A DNA stretch of 64,000 nt from an uncultured Dehalococcoidia bacterium. Its GTDB lineage: Bacteria > Chloroflexota > Dehalococcoidia > Lucifugimonadales > UBA1127. How positions within the stretch are numbered: the stretch's first letter is position 1; the number at the start of each line of letters is the position of its first letter. The position numbers and the translations under genes were made by a program. The DNA is taken from NCBI GenBank assembly GCA_964612825.1, contig CAZTCW010000032.1, positions 7,272 to 71,271 of the forward strand, read 5' to 3'. Below the pieces are notes generated by a model. The model was not told the DNA's origin. It was given only the letters and a program-made list of their open reading frames with translations, and did not search any database. Of the stretch, positions 36,897 to 46,336 are shown one piece after another.

Positions 36897-37895
36897 TTAG
36901 ACCGTATCTTTCAACCAAGGCATCAGAGATCGAAGATCCTGACCAACGTTTTCGAGGAGTTGCTCAGATTCTTCGACCCGACGGGCGTTAAAACGTTTAA
37001 GGCCCTCGTCGTTTTCAGTAATCCACTCCTTAGCGAATTCGCCGCTTTGAATTTCATCCAATATCTGCTTCATACGAGCTTTAACATCGGGCCCTACAGC
37101 CTGAACTCCACGAGAATAATCTCCATACTCCGCAGTATCGCTAATTGAGTAACGCATGTAATTAAATCCACCTTGGTAAATTAAGTCCACGATAAGCTTC
37201 ATTTCATGGAGGCACTCAAAATAGGCGATCTCAGGTTGATACCCAGCTTCTACCAGAGTTTCAAACCCAGCTTTTACAAGGGATGTAATCCCCCCACAAA
37301 GAACAGATTGTTCACCAAAGAGATCGGTTTCAGTCTCCTCCTTGAAGGTGGTTTCTAATACCCCAGCACGAGTATTGCCAGCCCCCTTTGCATAGGCAAG
37401 GGCTATCGCTTTCGCATTCCCGGATACATCTTGCTCCACGGCAACAAGAGCAGGGACTCCAAGCCCCCGGGTAAACAGATCCCGCATACGGTGACCAGGA
37501 GCTTTTGGGGCAATCATGCTGACATCTACAGTAGTTGGAGGTTGGACCTGCTTATAGTGAATATTAAATCCATGGGCGAACATCAATGTTTTATTGGCTA
37601 TCATATGAGGGTGAATTTCAGAGCTATAGACATCCCGCATAGCCATATCGGGGAGTAAAAGCATTATGATGTCTGCTTCTTGAGCGACTTCACTTACGCT
37701 CGCCACACGAAGACCTTCTTTTTCTGCTTTTTCCCGAGATTTACTCCCCGGGTATAATCCTATTACAACATTTTGTCCGCTATCCTTTAAATTCAAGGCG
37801 TGAGCGTGACCCTGACTTCCATATCCAATGATCCCGATGGTTTTATCCTGAATCAGGGATAGGTCTGCGTCCTCGTCCGTATAGAGTTTTACCAT
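36897..37895 (-). CDS. ilvC: Ketol-acid reductoisomerase
   Basis: [13 protein letters not shown] motif and class I KARI length. ATG at 37895 is preceded by GGAGG; the ORF-track start is 37916. Confidence 0.95.
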   Translation of the reverse strand: MVKLYTDEDADLSLIQDKTIGIIGYGSQGHAHALNLKDSGQNVVIGLYPGSKSREKAEKEGLRVASVSEVAQEADIIMLLLPDMAMRDVYSSEIHPHMIANKTLMFAHGFNIHYKQVQPPTTVDVSMIAPKAPGHRMRDLFTRGLGVPALVAVEQDVSGNAKAIALAYAKGAGNTRAGVLETTFKEETETDLFGEQSVLCGGITSLVKAGFETLVEAGYQPEIAYFECLHEMKLIVDLIYQGGFNYMRYSISDTAEYGDYSRGVQAVGPDVKARMKQILDEIQSGEFAKEWITENDEGLKRFNARRVEESEQLLENVGQDLRSLMPWLKDTV

Positions 37896-37941
37896 TTTAC
37901 TGCCTCCAGTTTCCAATAGAATTCAGTACTATTTTCGGCAT

Positions 37942-38508
37942 CTACCACCCCAATTCGGCCTTTCCTTTGATTCGGCTAATTGGCTGCCTAATTTCAGTAG
38001 ACTCAGATTCGTCTGATTCTAGGGGGCCACGTTTCATGGCAAGTACCCCACTTCGAATGACTTCGACAATTCCAAAAGGTTGGAGTAGCAGTACCAAACT
38101 ATCCAGCTTCCCAGAATCACCTGTAGTCTCAACGATCATAGAATTACGAGCCACATCAATGACGTCTGCACGAAAAATTGTGGCTATTTGTATTATTTCT
38201 TGGCGAGTATCTGGGGTAGTTTGGACTCGGATTAGTGCAAACTCCCTAGATACGCAATTTATATTATCAATATGAGTTACATTCACAACATTAATCAATT
38301 TTCCAAGTTGCTTAGCTATTTGCTCAAGAATGAGTTCATCACCTTCTACAACAAATGTCATCCGAGAAAGGCCTTCTATTTCCGAATGCCCCACGGAAAG
38401 ACTCGATATGTTGAAATTCCTCCTCCGAATCATACTCGTGACGCGGTTTAGCACCCCAGGTTGATCCTGAACCAAAGCAGTAATTGTATGAGAAGAATTA
38501 GATGGCAT
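37942..38508 (-). CDS. ilvN: Acetolactate synthase small (regulatory) subunit
   Basis: ACT domain (HTITALVQDQPGVLNRVTSMIRRRNFNISSL) plus a C-terminal AHAS small-subunit domain. Probable start ATG 38508 overlaps the ilvB stop; the ORF-track start 38544 is a less likely choice. Confidence 0.9.
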   Translation of the reverse strand: MPSNSSHTITALVQDQPGVLNRVTSMIRRRNFNISSLSVGHSEIEGLSRMTFVVEGDELILEQIAKQLGKLINVVNVTHIDNINCVSREFALIRVQTTPDTRQEIIQIATIFRADVIDVARNSMIVETTGDSGKLDSLVLLLQPFGIVEVIRSGVLAMKRGPLESDESESTEIRQPISRIKGKAELGW

Positions 38509-40201
38509 CAGGAACCTTCGGCAAGTTAATACTTGGGTCTTCAATGATATCTTTCATGCTTAATCCCGGAGGAATCATAGGATATACGTTCTCTTCCTCA
38601 TCAACCCAGAAATCTAGAAGAACAGGCCCATCTTCTTCCTTCGCCCATGCCAACGAATCAACAACCTCACTTTTGTCAGTTATTCGACGGGCTGGAATCC
38701 CATAGGCGTCAGCTAATTTTACGAAATCAGGGTTACCGGTATACTGGGTCGCTACGAAACTTCGGTTATAAAATATCCGTTGCCATTGGACGACCATTCC
38801 CAACTGATGGTTATTTATCAGAATAATTTTTACTGGAACATTATTTTCCACCATGGTGGCTAATTCATTCATCGTCATCTGAAACCCACCATCGCCAGCA
38901 ATCGTCCAAACCTCTTTCTCTGGCCTGCCCATTTTAGCCCCAAGGGCAGCCGGTACTTCAAATCCCATAGCCCCAGATCCTCCAGAACTAATCAAAAGAT
39001 TCGGCTCAAGAAACTTATAGAGTTGCCCCACCCACATTTGATGTTGACCAACCCCGGTACAAATTATAGCCCTGCCGTCAGTGAGATCTGATAGTTTCTC
39101 GATGATGTATTGGGGCAATAATTTATCTGTCTCCCGAACATAAAGGGGGTGTTCTCTCCGTAATTGTTCCAAGTAACCTAACCAGTCGGCATGTGAACCC
39201 GGTTCTACTACGCGCAACATCTGTTGAAGAACTCGCTTAGCATCACCAACGATCGGGACAGTTGCTCGGACATTTTTGCCGATTTCTGCCGGGTCAATTT
39301 CTATATGGATTACCTTCGCTTTAGGAGCGAAGCTCTGCAAGTTACCAGTTACCCTGTCGTCAAAACGCATTCCAACAGCAATGATGAGATCGGACTCATC
39401 GATTGCCATACTCGCGTAAGCTGCACCATGCATCCCAGGCATACCAATATACAATGGATGGTCTTCAGGGAATCCGCTTAAGCCAAGGAATGTGCTCACA
39501 ACGGGAATATCAGTTCGTTCAGCGAATTCTATCAACTCAGTAGACCCTCCGGACATGACAAGTCCGTGCCCAGTCAAAATTACGGGTCGCTCAGATTTGG
39601 AGATAAGCCGAATAGCACTCTTAATCTGTGAAACATCCCCATCCAAGCTTGGGGGACTCCACGGGATATTAATTTTTTCTGGATATTTGAAATCTGCGAT
39701 CTCCGTAAACACATCTTTAGGGATATCGACTAACACAGGCCCGGGCTTTCCACTTCTAGCAATGTAAAAGGCTTCATGGATAACCTCAGCAATCTCATCC
39801 GCCCTCATTACTAGATAATTATGTTTTGTGATTGGGAGAGTAACGCCAGTAACATCTGTTTCTTGAAATGCGTCCTTTCCAATCGACGCCCTTGCAACCT
39901 GTCCCGTTATAGCCACCATGGGAACTGAATCCATCATCGCGCTTGCTAGCCCAGTAGCCAAATTGGTAGCCCCTGGCCCAGATGTGGCCCACGCAACCCC
40001 TACCTTGCCAGTAGCTCTGGAGTAGCCGTCTGCTGCCATAGCAGCTCCCTGCTCGTGCCGAACAAGAACATGCCTCAATTGAGGGTAATCGGGTAATGTT
40101 TGGTAAAGAGGAAGAATGGCTCCCCCCGGAAGGCCAAATATTAGGTCCACACCTTCCCGAATCAAACTTTCACATACGATTTTTCCACCGGACAATTCCA
40201 T
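38498..40201 (-). CDS. ilvB: Acetolactate synthase large subunit
   Basis: ThDP-enzyme motifs (GYSRATGKVGV, GDGGFQM...NN), 567 aa. Confidence 0.95.
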   Translation of the reverse strand: MELSGGKIVCESLIREGVDLIFGLPGGAILPLYQTLPDYPQLRHVLVRHEQGAAMAADGYSRATGKVGVAWATSGPGATNLATGLASAMMDSVPMVAITGQVARASIGKDAFQETDVTGVTLPITKHNYLVMRADEIAEVIHEAFYIARSGKPGPVLVDIPKDVFTEIADFKYPEKINIPWSPPSLDGDVSQIKSAIRLISKSERPVILTGHGLVMSGGSTELIEFAERTDIPVVSTFLGLSGFPEDHPLYIGMPGMHGAAYASMAIDESDLIIAVGMRFDDRVTGNLQSFAPKAKVIHIEIDPAEIGKNVRATVPIVGDAKRVLQQMLRVVEPGSHADWLGYLEQLRREHPLYVRETDKLLPQYIIEKLSDLTDGRAIICTGVGQHQMWVGQLYKFLEPNLLISSGGSGAMGFEVPAALGAKMGRPEKEVWTIAGDGGFQMTMNELATMVENNVPVKIILINNHQLGMVVQWQRIFYNRSFVATQYTGNPDFVKLADAYGIPARRITDKSEVVDSLAWAKEEDGPVLLDFWVDEEENVYPMIPPGLSMKDIIEDPSINLPKVPDAI

Positions 40202-40256
40202 GACTCGACTCCTTGTAAAACCTTAATCATTCAACCGTTTACCACGTTCCCCCAAT

Positions 40257-40480
40257 AAAACAAAAAAACCCGCCCTAGATAGGGACGGGTTGAAAGATTA
40301 GCTTACCCGCGGTACCACCCTCATTGCTCCGTAGAAGGAACCACTCAAAGTTATAACGGTTCTACCGTAGAGCGCTACTGATTTGTTTCCATCACGCTCT
40401 CCGCTCAAGGGCGAGTTCACAGTCCTTGCCTACCAGCTTCGCACCTGCCGCCGGCTCTCTGAAGGCTGGGGTCTGTTACT
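40257..40480 (-). promoter_or_regulatory. T-box riboswitch leader (candidate Leu specifier CUC) with intrinsic terminator
   Basis: Minus strand shows AGAGAG in stem I, a candidate specifier GAA-CUC-G (CUC at 40413..40415) and the T-box UGAGGGUGGUACCGCG (exact core). The terminator is ACCCGUCCC-UAUCUA-GGGCGGGU plus U7 (40262..40291). The bulge UGGU is complementary to ACCA (A73, as in tRNA-Leu). Confidence 0.85.
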
Positions 40481-40560
40481 ACTCCCTATCCCAGCGTTTT
40501 TCGTAATTCGCAACCAAAATGATAGCATGTAAATTGAATCCATGTCAATAAATCGTTCAT

Positions 40561-41544
40561 TTAGCCAGATAGTCTTTTCAAATTCACGCAATGGGGCATA
40601 GGGAGACCTAAAACCCCGCATCGAAGATTCTCCGCAGCCATTATCGCCATTTTGGTCCTTGTAGCGATACTCGCACTTCCAATGTGAGGAGTTGCAACAA
40701 CGTTTGGGAGCTTGAGAAGAGGGTCAGACGGGTTAATTGGCTCTGTTTCGAAAACGTCCAGTGCCGCACCCGCTATCACCTCATTTTTCAAGGATGCAAG
40801 GAGAGCTTTTTGGTCTACAACAGGCCCCCTCGAGGTATTGATTAACACCCCCGTTTTTTTCATACCATCTAACTCCTTCTGACCAATTAGATGATAGGTC
40901 TGTTCGGTCAAAGGAACATGGATACTAACAAAGTCAGCTAATCCTAGGAGGGCTCCTAAACTGGGAACAAATTCAATTCCATACTGAGCTTCTAAGTCAT
41001 GGTTGCGAGTCCGTTGAAAGTACACTGTCTTCATTCCAAATGCTTTAGCCCGAATTGCCACCTGAAGGCCAATATTTCCTAATCCAATAATTCCAAGTGT
41101 CGACTGATTTAAATCTCTACCTAGTAAAAACGAAGGATGCCAGACTTTCCAACTCCCATCCCTAATAGCATGTTCCCCTTCAGCCAATCGGCGCGCACTT
41201 GCTAAAAGCAAGGCCAAAACAAATTCAGCACAGGTATCAGTTAAGACTCCGGGAGTACTTCCAACCAATACTTGGTTCATAGAAGCAGCGTCAACGTCAA
41301 CATTGTCAACTCCCGTAGCCATATTACTCACAACTTTTAGGGATCGGCGTTGTGACAAAAATGAACCGTCAATTTGATCAGTCAACATTGTGAGAATACC
41401 CACTGAGTCTTTGGTTTCTTCCAATAATTGTTCACGTGAAGGGGGGAAGTAATCCTCCCAGACCTTCAAATCCAGTTCCTTATCTAAACGACTTAGAGCA
41501 TCGTCTCCTATTTGCCTAGTTACGAAAACTTTTGGAAAAGCCAT
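40561..41544 (-). CDS. D-2-hydroxyacid dehydrogenase (glyoxylate/hydroxypyruvate reductase-like)
   Basis: NAD motif GIIGLGNIG and the catalytic R...E...H context (TSRG, ALDVFE.EP, TPHIGSA). ATG at 41544 is preceded by GAGGT. Confidence 0.85.
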   Translation of the reverse strand: MAFPKVFVTRQIGDDALSRLDKELDLKVWEDYFPPSREQLLEETKDSVGILTMLTDQIDGSFLSQRRSLKVVSNMATGVDNVDVDAASMNQVLVGSTPGVLTDTCAEFVLALLLASARRLAEGEHAIRDGSWKVWHPSFLLGRDLNQSTLGIIGLGNIGLQVAIRAKAFGMKTVYFQRTRNHDLEAQYGIEFVPSLGALLGLADFVSIHVPLTEQTYHLIGQKELDGMKKTGVLINTSRGPVVDQKALLASLKNEVIAGAALDVFETEPINPSDPLLKLPNVVATPHIGSASIATRTKMAIMAAENLRCGVLGLPMPHCVNLKRLSG

Positions 41545-41596
41545 ACCCTTTACCTCACACAATGATTAGCTCTATTCTAGATGCTTAGAAAAGGGT

Positions 41597-41986
41597 ATGC
41601 TAGATTGGTGGGTTCCAAAAACTGCTAGAATGTCTAATCAAACTATAATTTGGAAGGGAACAGTCCCGAAAATGACCATTGAACCTAAAACCGTGAAAAT
41701 CCTTCAAGATGGGATCGCGATCGAATGGGAAGACCATCATACGAGCCTTTACCCACATCGCAGTCTACGCCTCCAATGTAGGTGCGCTGAATGCGTCGGG
41801 GAATGGCCGAACCCCAAGCAACTTAAAGAAGAATCGATCCCTCAAGATGTCTACGCCGTCGAATACCAGACCGTCGGGAGATATGCTTTACAGTTCCTTT
41901 GGAGCGACCTTCACTATACCGGGATATACCCTTACTCGGTATTATTGGAAAGCTGCCCTTGCCCCGTTTGCGCAAAGCAAAAATGA
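41597..41986 (+). CDS. DUF971 domain protein (gamma-butyrobetaine hydroxylase-like N-terminal domain)
   Basis: IEWEDHHTSLYPHRSLRLQCRCAEC...LQFLWSDLHYTGIYPYSVL is the typical DUF971 pattern. The true start is probably internal (ATG 41630 or 41672). Confidence 0.7.
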   Translation: MLDWWVPKTARMSNQTIIWKGTVPKMTIEPKTVKILQDGIAIEWEDHHTSLYPHRSLRLQCRCAECVGEWPNPKQLKEESIPQDVYAVEYQTVGRYALQFLWSDLHYTGIYPYSVLLESCPCPVCAKQK

Positions 41987-42003
41987 TCCACTCTATTCAG
42001 CCA

Positions 42004-42828
42004 TTAAGGCCTTCCGCGATATAACCTATTCCTAAATTGGAAAAAATGATTCAATGGCCCATGGCCACCACCAATTGGGAATGAATAAAAAATTGCCTGC
42101 CTCACATAATGTTTCGCCGAACGAACCGATATGCCAAGACTCTTACCTCTCGCTAGATTTGATGCCACCGAGGCAGCGAAAGTACAACCGGTCCCATGTG
42201 TACTGGTTGAATCTATCCGGCCAGCCCGTAATTCCCGAATTCGTTTTCCATCATAAAAAACATCCACCGGGTCCCCTTCAAGATGTCCACCTTTAACCAC
42301 TACGGCCCCCGCACCCAATTCATTGACGATAATCCTGGCTGCGGATCTTGCGTCATTCAACCCCCATATTCGCAATCCAGTAAGTACCTCAGCCTCCGGG
42401 ATATTAGGAGTCACGATAGTTGAAAGCGGAACCAGCAGGTGACGGAGACTCTCAATCGCGTCCTGCCGCAAAAGACGATCACCTCCTTTTGCCACCATTA
42501 CCGGATCCACGACCAAACAGCGGTCCAGCCGTTTCTGTTTTATCTTTTCTACCACAGAATGAATGATTACTGAGCTGGATAACATCCCTATTTTCACACT
42601 GCTTGGCCATATATCAGCAGCAATTGCGTCAATTTGGTCTTCGATAAGTTTGGTTGGGAGTTCAAATACGGATGTTACCCCCAAGGTATTCTGTGCGGTT
42701 ATCGCTGTAATAACCGAAGTGCCATAAATACCATGGGCTGCAAACGTCTTTAAATCCGCCTGAGCTCCAGCTCCTCCACCAGAATCGGAGCCAGCAATTG
42801 ACATTGCTGATTGAACATTATTGACCAC
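42004..42828 (-). CDS. thiD: Hydroxymethylpyrimidine/phosphomethylpyrimidine kinase
   Basis: SIAGSDSGGGAGAQADLKT N-terminus and the GTGCTFAS ribokinase-family motif. Confidence 0.92.
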   Translation of the reverse strand: MVNNVQSAMSIAGSDSGGGAGAQADLKTFAAHGIYGTSVITAITAQNTLGVTSVFELPTKLIEDQIDAIAADIWPSSVKIGMLSSSVIIHSVVEKIKQKRLDRCLVVDPVMVAKGGDRLLRQDAIESLRHLLVPLSTIVTPNIPEAEVLTGLRIWGLNDARSAARIIVNELGAGAVVVKGGHLEGDPVDVFYDGKRIRELRAGRIDSTSTHGTGCTFAASVASNLARGKSLGISVRSAKHYVRQAIFYSFPIGGGHGPLNHFFQFRNRLYRGRP

Positions 42829-43029
42829 TTCTTCTATCCCTACTTTAAAATTTGAAAATGCACCCAGCTGTCCTCGACCTAATTAGCGCACGGAATGTTA
42901 GAAGGTTATGGACCGCCCAATGTGCATTCCCTAGCGCAGGACGTATTTTAGCCAAGTCTCATTAGGTCTTACAAGCATTTTTGGGGTTACATAATGGCAT
43001 GAAATCTGGATACAATACGCCTACCCTGG

Positions 43030-44352
43030 GTGAATCGTATACTAGAAGAGGGGATATTACCATTGCAATTTTCTAGGCAACAAAACCAATCTACGTCCGG
43101 TAAATTGTTTTATGGATGGATTATCGTTCTTGGAGGAGCTTTAATGTCTGCTCTTAGTGGTGGACTCAATTTTTACGGATTCAGCGCCTTTTTTGTACCA
43201 TTAAGCCAAGAATTCGGCTGGAGCCGTACAGCTTTATCCGGAGTGATATCCCTGGCTAGACTAGAAGGAGGGTTCCTTGGCCCAATAGAAGGTTACTTAG
43301 CGGATAGATTTGGGCCCCGGAAAGTCATGTTTGTTGGGATCCCATTAATGGGGACTGGGTTCATTCTGCTGAGCCAAGTGCAATCCCTTCTGGCTTTTTA
43401 TCTGGTATACATCCTTGCTATCACGTTAGGTTCGGCCTTGGGAACTTTTGTGCCGGTTAATGCGGCGATCGCACACTGGTTCATAAAAAAGCGGAGTAGA
43501 GCTTTTGGATTCGTAATGTCAGGCATTGGGGTTGGAGGAGCAATCTTCCTCCCGTTGCTCGGATGGACGATCGTAACTTATGGATGGAGGCCGGCAGCTA
43601 TCGCTGGTGGAATCCTTATTTGGGTAATCGGTCTCCCTGTGGCTGCAATAATGCGCCACAAACCTGAACAATATGGGCAGTATCCTGACGGGATTGAACC
43701 CCTGCCGTCTAACATCACTGATTCTTCCGATACGAGCGCGACAAACGCGGATGAATACCAACCAGAATTCAGTCCCCTAGAGACTTTACGGACTTCAGCT
43801 TTCTGGCTTCTAGGAACTTCCGTAGCTCTCAGAGCACTAGTAACAACAGGGTTTACCCTCCACTTTGTAGCAATGATGGTAGACAGAGGATTTTCACTCC
43901 CCTTGGCAAGTTCACTCCTAGGATGGGTGGCTTTCTTAAGTCTTTCCGGAAGGATCGGATTATCGTGGATAGGAGACTTCGTTGAGAAACGGTACCTATT
44001 GGCGGGGGCTTTACTAGTAATGGCAGTAACGCTCGTAGCGATGAGTTTAGCAGATTCATTCCTCACATTCATGATAATCTTGGTTATTTATTCAACCGCA
44101 TACGGGGGCTCCATCGTATTACCATTACCTATTCAGGGAGATTATTTTGGGAGAAATTCTTTCGCAACAATCAGGGGATTACTCAGCACGGTCCAAACGA
44201 TCGGAATGATGATAGGCCCTATTTTCGCCGGTATAGTGTTTGATGTAACCGAAAGTTATTTCCTGGCCTTTTTAGGGTTTGGGGTCGCCTCAGTCTTGGG
44301 CGCATTAGTGTTGCTACTACTTAAAAAACCAAATCCTGCGAGGCAATTGTAG
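43030..44352 (+). CDS. MFS transporter (OFA-like N-terminus)
   Basis: 12 TM with the FYGWIIV motif near the N-terminus. GTG start at 43030 is uncertain (alternative TTG at 43063 after GAGGGG). Confidence 0.8.
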   Translation: MNRILEEGILPLQFSRQQNQSTSGKLFYGWIIVLGGALMSALSGGLNFYGFSAFFVPLSQEFGWSRTALSGVISLARLEGGFLGPIEGYLADRFGPRKVMFVGIPLMGTGFILLSQVQSLLAFYLVYILAITLGSALGTFVPVNAAIAHWFIKKRSRAFGFVMSGIGVGGAIFLPLLGWTIVTYGWRPAAIAGGILIWVIGLPVAAIMRHKPEQYGQYPDGIEPLPSNITDSSDTSATNADEYQPEFSPLETLRTSAFWLLGTSVALRALVTTGFTLHFVAMMVDRGFSLPLASSLLGWVAFLSLSGRIGLSWIGDFVEKRYLLAGALLVMAVTLVAMSLADSFLTFMIILVIYSTAYGGSIVLPLPIQGDYFGRNSFATIRGLLSTVQTIGMMIGPIFAGIVFDVTESYFLAFLGFGVASVLGALVLLLLKKPNPARQL

Positions 44353-44362
44353 GAAAGATGCT

Positions 44363-45838
44363 TCAATCCTGCATCAAGCGGATTCTTTCACGAAGTTCTT
44401 TGAATTGAAACTCTCCCCCACTCCCCAACATACGATTCAACCAGGTAGCAACCAATGCCATAACTGCAGAAACAATTACTGCAATCCCAAAACTAACCAG
44501 AAAATCACCACCAAAGGGAATATCGAGCCAGGGAGAAAAATCAGATTTAGGGAAAAATAAAGCTCCAGCAATAATCCCCGAGACGGAACTAACTATTGCG
44601 ATTGATCCGGATATCCTTTTATCAAAAAGCCCATAAAAGACTGGGAATACGCAGCCTGCGCATAAAAGATCCGCGAGTAAAAAGAGGTACAAGACGCTGT
44701 AACCTTGGGAGGCGATAAAAACTGCGGGGAAACCCAAAAATACTGTCACAATCCTTGATATTCTCAGCAGGTCTGAATTGGAAAAATCAGGGCGGAGTCG
44801 GTGAAGATCACTCGTCAAAGTACTAACGATCCCACTGAGCAAGGTGTCCATACTGCTCATAACCAGAATTAGGGCAAGAATTATTGCCAAGATTAAAACC
44901 CACGGAGGAATCGTTTCAAGAATCAACCAAAACAGTGCAACAGAAGCGCTGTCCGCAGGCATTCCCATCCCAACGGCAGCGATTCCAAACACACCACTAA
45001 GAAACACCAAAGGGATGACGATGATCGCGGAAATAAAAAATACCCGTGATAACGTCTTCTCATCTTTACAGGCATATACCCGTTGCCAAAATCCTTGATG
45101 GAACATATCTGCAGCAAGAATCGCGACCAGTAAAGTTAATCCAAACTTGATCCCCGGAATGTGAGTAAAGGACAATAACTGTGAGTCTGTTATCAGGTCA
45201 GAATCGAATCCCTGACTTAATCCCCCGAGCTTGGACGCCAAAATTAGGAGTACTACTGCCAGTAATGGCAACATGATTAAAAACTGAATTTTATCCGTAA
45301 AAATGGTTGCCTTAATTCCCCCATAACTCGTATATGCAACAGTCGCCATTGCCACTATCGAAGCGGACAACCACAAAGGAACCTCGACGATAAGGCCAAA
45401 AGCTAAGGAAATTCCTGTTAACTCTGCGGCAAGGTAAATAAACATATAGAACACCATCACCAAGAGTGCAAGCAAATACATCCCCGACCCAAAACGGCAC
45501 CAAACGTATTCAGTAAGAGAATGACCTTCTGGCATCAATCGTTTCATCCTAGGACCAATAAAGGCTATTGCTCCTAGAGGAGCGGCTTGACCCAAAGCGT
45601 ACCCAATCAACCCCATTATCCCAGCCCAAGTACCAGTTTCACCGGGAGCAAACAGGATCCATGACCCAGCAACAGAGGCTACAACCGTGGATAGGCCAGC
45701 CCAAGCCCCCACTGAGTTTCTCTGGGTAAGAAAGTCCTCTAGACTGATCCGCATACCACGCACATGAAGAACGCCAATAGTAGAAAAGATTATTGCGGTA
45801 GCGATTGTGGCAACTATCGCTATATTATTGATTGACAT
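44363..45838 (-). CDS. Sodium:solute symporter (SSS) family transporter, TPP-riboswitch controlled (ThiV-like)
   Basis: About 13 TM with the SSS motif SYGGIKATIFTDKIQ. Directly preceded by a TPP riboswitch. Confidence 0.85.
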   Translation of the reverse strand: MSINNIAIVATIATAIIFSTIGVLHVRGMRISLEDFLTQRNSVGAWAGLSTVVASVAGSWILFAPGETGTWAGIMGLIGYALGQAAPLGAIAFIGPRMKRLMPEGHSLTEYVWCRFGSGMYLLALLVMVFYMFIYLAAELTGISLAFGLIVEVPLWLSASIVAMATVAYTSYGGIKATIFTDKIQFLIMLPLLAVVLLILASKLGGLSQGFDSDLITDSQLLSFTHIPGIKFGLTLLVAILAADMFHQGFWQRVYACKDEKTLSRVFFISAIIVIPLVFLSGVFGIAAVGMGMPADSASVALFWLILETIPPWVLILAIILALILVMSSMDTLLSGIVSTLTSDLHRLRPDFSNSDLLRISRIVTVFLGFPAVFIASQGYSVLYLFLLADLLCAGCVFPVFYGLFDKRISGSIAIVSSVSGIIAGALFFPKSDFSPWLDIPFGGDFLVSFGIAVIVSAVMALVATWLNRMLGSGGEFQFKELRERIRLMQD

Positions 45839-45851
45839 CTTATCCCTCCGG

Positions 45852-45888
45852 CAAAAAAAGAAGCCATCCCTACCTTAGTTTGGATGAC
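45852..45888 (-). terminator. Intrinsic terminator forming the TPP riboswitch expression platform
   Basis: Minus strand GUCAUCC-12 nt-GGAUGGC followed by UUCUUUUUUU, located between the aptamer and the SD/ATG of the transporter. Confidence 0.7.
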
Positions 45889-45900
45889 TTATACTCTTCA

Positions 45901-45995
45901 CTCATTTCCCTCCGCTGGTATTACCCAGATCAGGTAAAGGGTCGGTGGATTGGATCTCTCCACCCTCTCAGCCCAAATTACTTGAGCTCCCCTAA
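45901..45995 (-). promoter_or_regulatory. TPP (THI-box) riboswitch aptamer
   Basis: Minus strand GGGGAGC...GGGCUGAGAGGGUGGAGAGAUCCAAUCCACCGACCCUUUACCUGAUCUGGGUAAUACCAGCGGAGGGAA. It contains the CUGAGA, ACCCUUU-ACCUGAUCUGG-UAAUACCAGCG-AGGGA consensus blocks in the correct order. Confidence 0.92.
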
Positions 45996-46023
45996 TTGAA
46001 ATCCTATTTGCTTATGTGAGGTC

Positions 46024-46052
46024 ACTCTAGCTTAAGAGCAGAAACCGGTCAA
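46024..46052 (-). promoter_or_regulatory. Candidate sigma70-type promoter for the TPP riboswitch/transporter transcript
   Basis: Minus strand TTGACC-17 nt-TAGAGT, about 30 nt upstream of the aptamer. Confidence 0.35.
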
Positions 46053-46159
46053 GTACGATTTACATGATTTAAGTTACAAAACTTATCAATCCATGATAGA
46101 CTACATCCATCCCGAATCGGTTGACGGATACCCTATTCAAACTGGATTCGAGTGGGTTT

Positions 46160-46297
46160 TAAAGACAGTCCAGAGAGGCTGACAAGACGCTCTATAAAAC
46201 CGTCCGTCTGAAATGATTCCCGTCTTAAGGAAAATTCCAAATAGGGAAATCATTATCGGAGCCTCTTGTCATAGTAAGATGAGGAGGCTTTTTTTAT
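46160..46297 (+). promoter_or_regulatory. PyrR-dependent transcription attenuator (binding loop plus terminator)
   Basis: AGUCCAGAGAGGCU at 46167..46180 matches the PyrR-binding consensus ARUCCAGAGAGGYU. The downstream hairpin AGCCUC..UCAU-loop-AUGA.GAGGCU plus U7 lies at 46258..46297. Confidence 0.8.
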
Positions 46298-46336
46298 GTC
46301 CGTAACCTGCGATAACGAGATCATAGGCCATCTCTC

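Noticed and set aside
40430-40621. 63-aa minus-strand ORF overlapping the ilvB T-box leader
   Set aside because: It lies inside the structured leader RNA and overlaps the 3' end of the dehydrogenase gene. Judged spurious.
42829-43029. Possible second TPP riboswitch in the thiD leader / divergent MFS promoter region
   Set aside because: The minus strand shows only fragments (AAUGAGAC, GCGCUAGGGAA) and nested inverted repeats (GACCUAAU...AUUAGGUC; GGAAUG...CAUUCC). The ACCC...ACCUGAUCUGG core is missing, and the block order does not fit the THI-box. It is possibly a structured leader, but I cannot support a riboswitch call by eye; a cmsearch would settle it.
43578-44072. 164-aa minus-strand ORF inside the MFS gene 43030..44352
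   Set aside because: Antisense shadow ORF without motifs or an SD.
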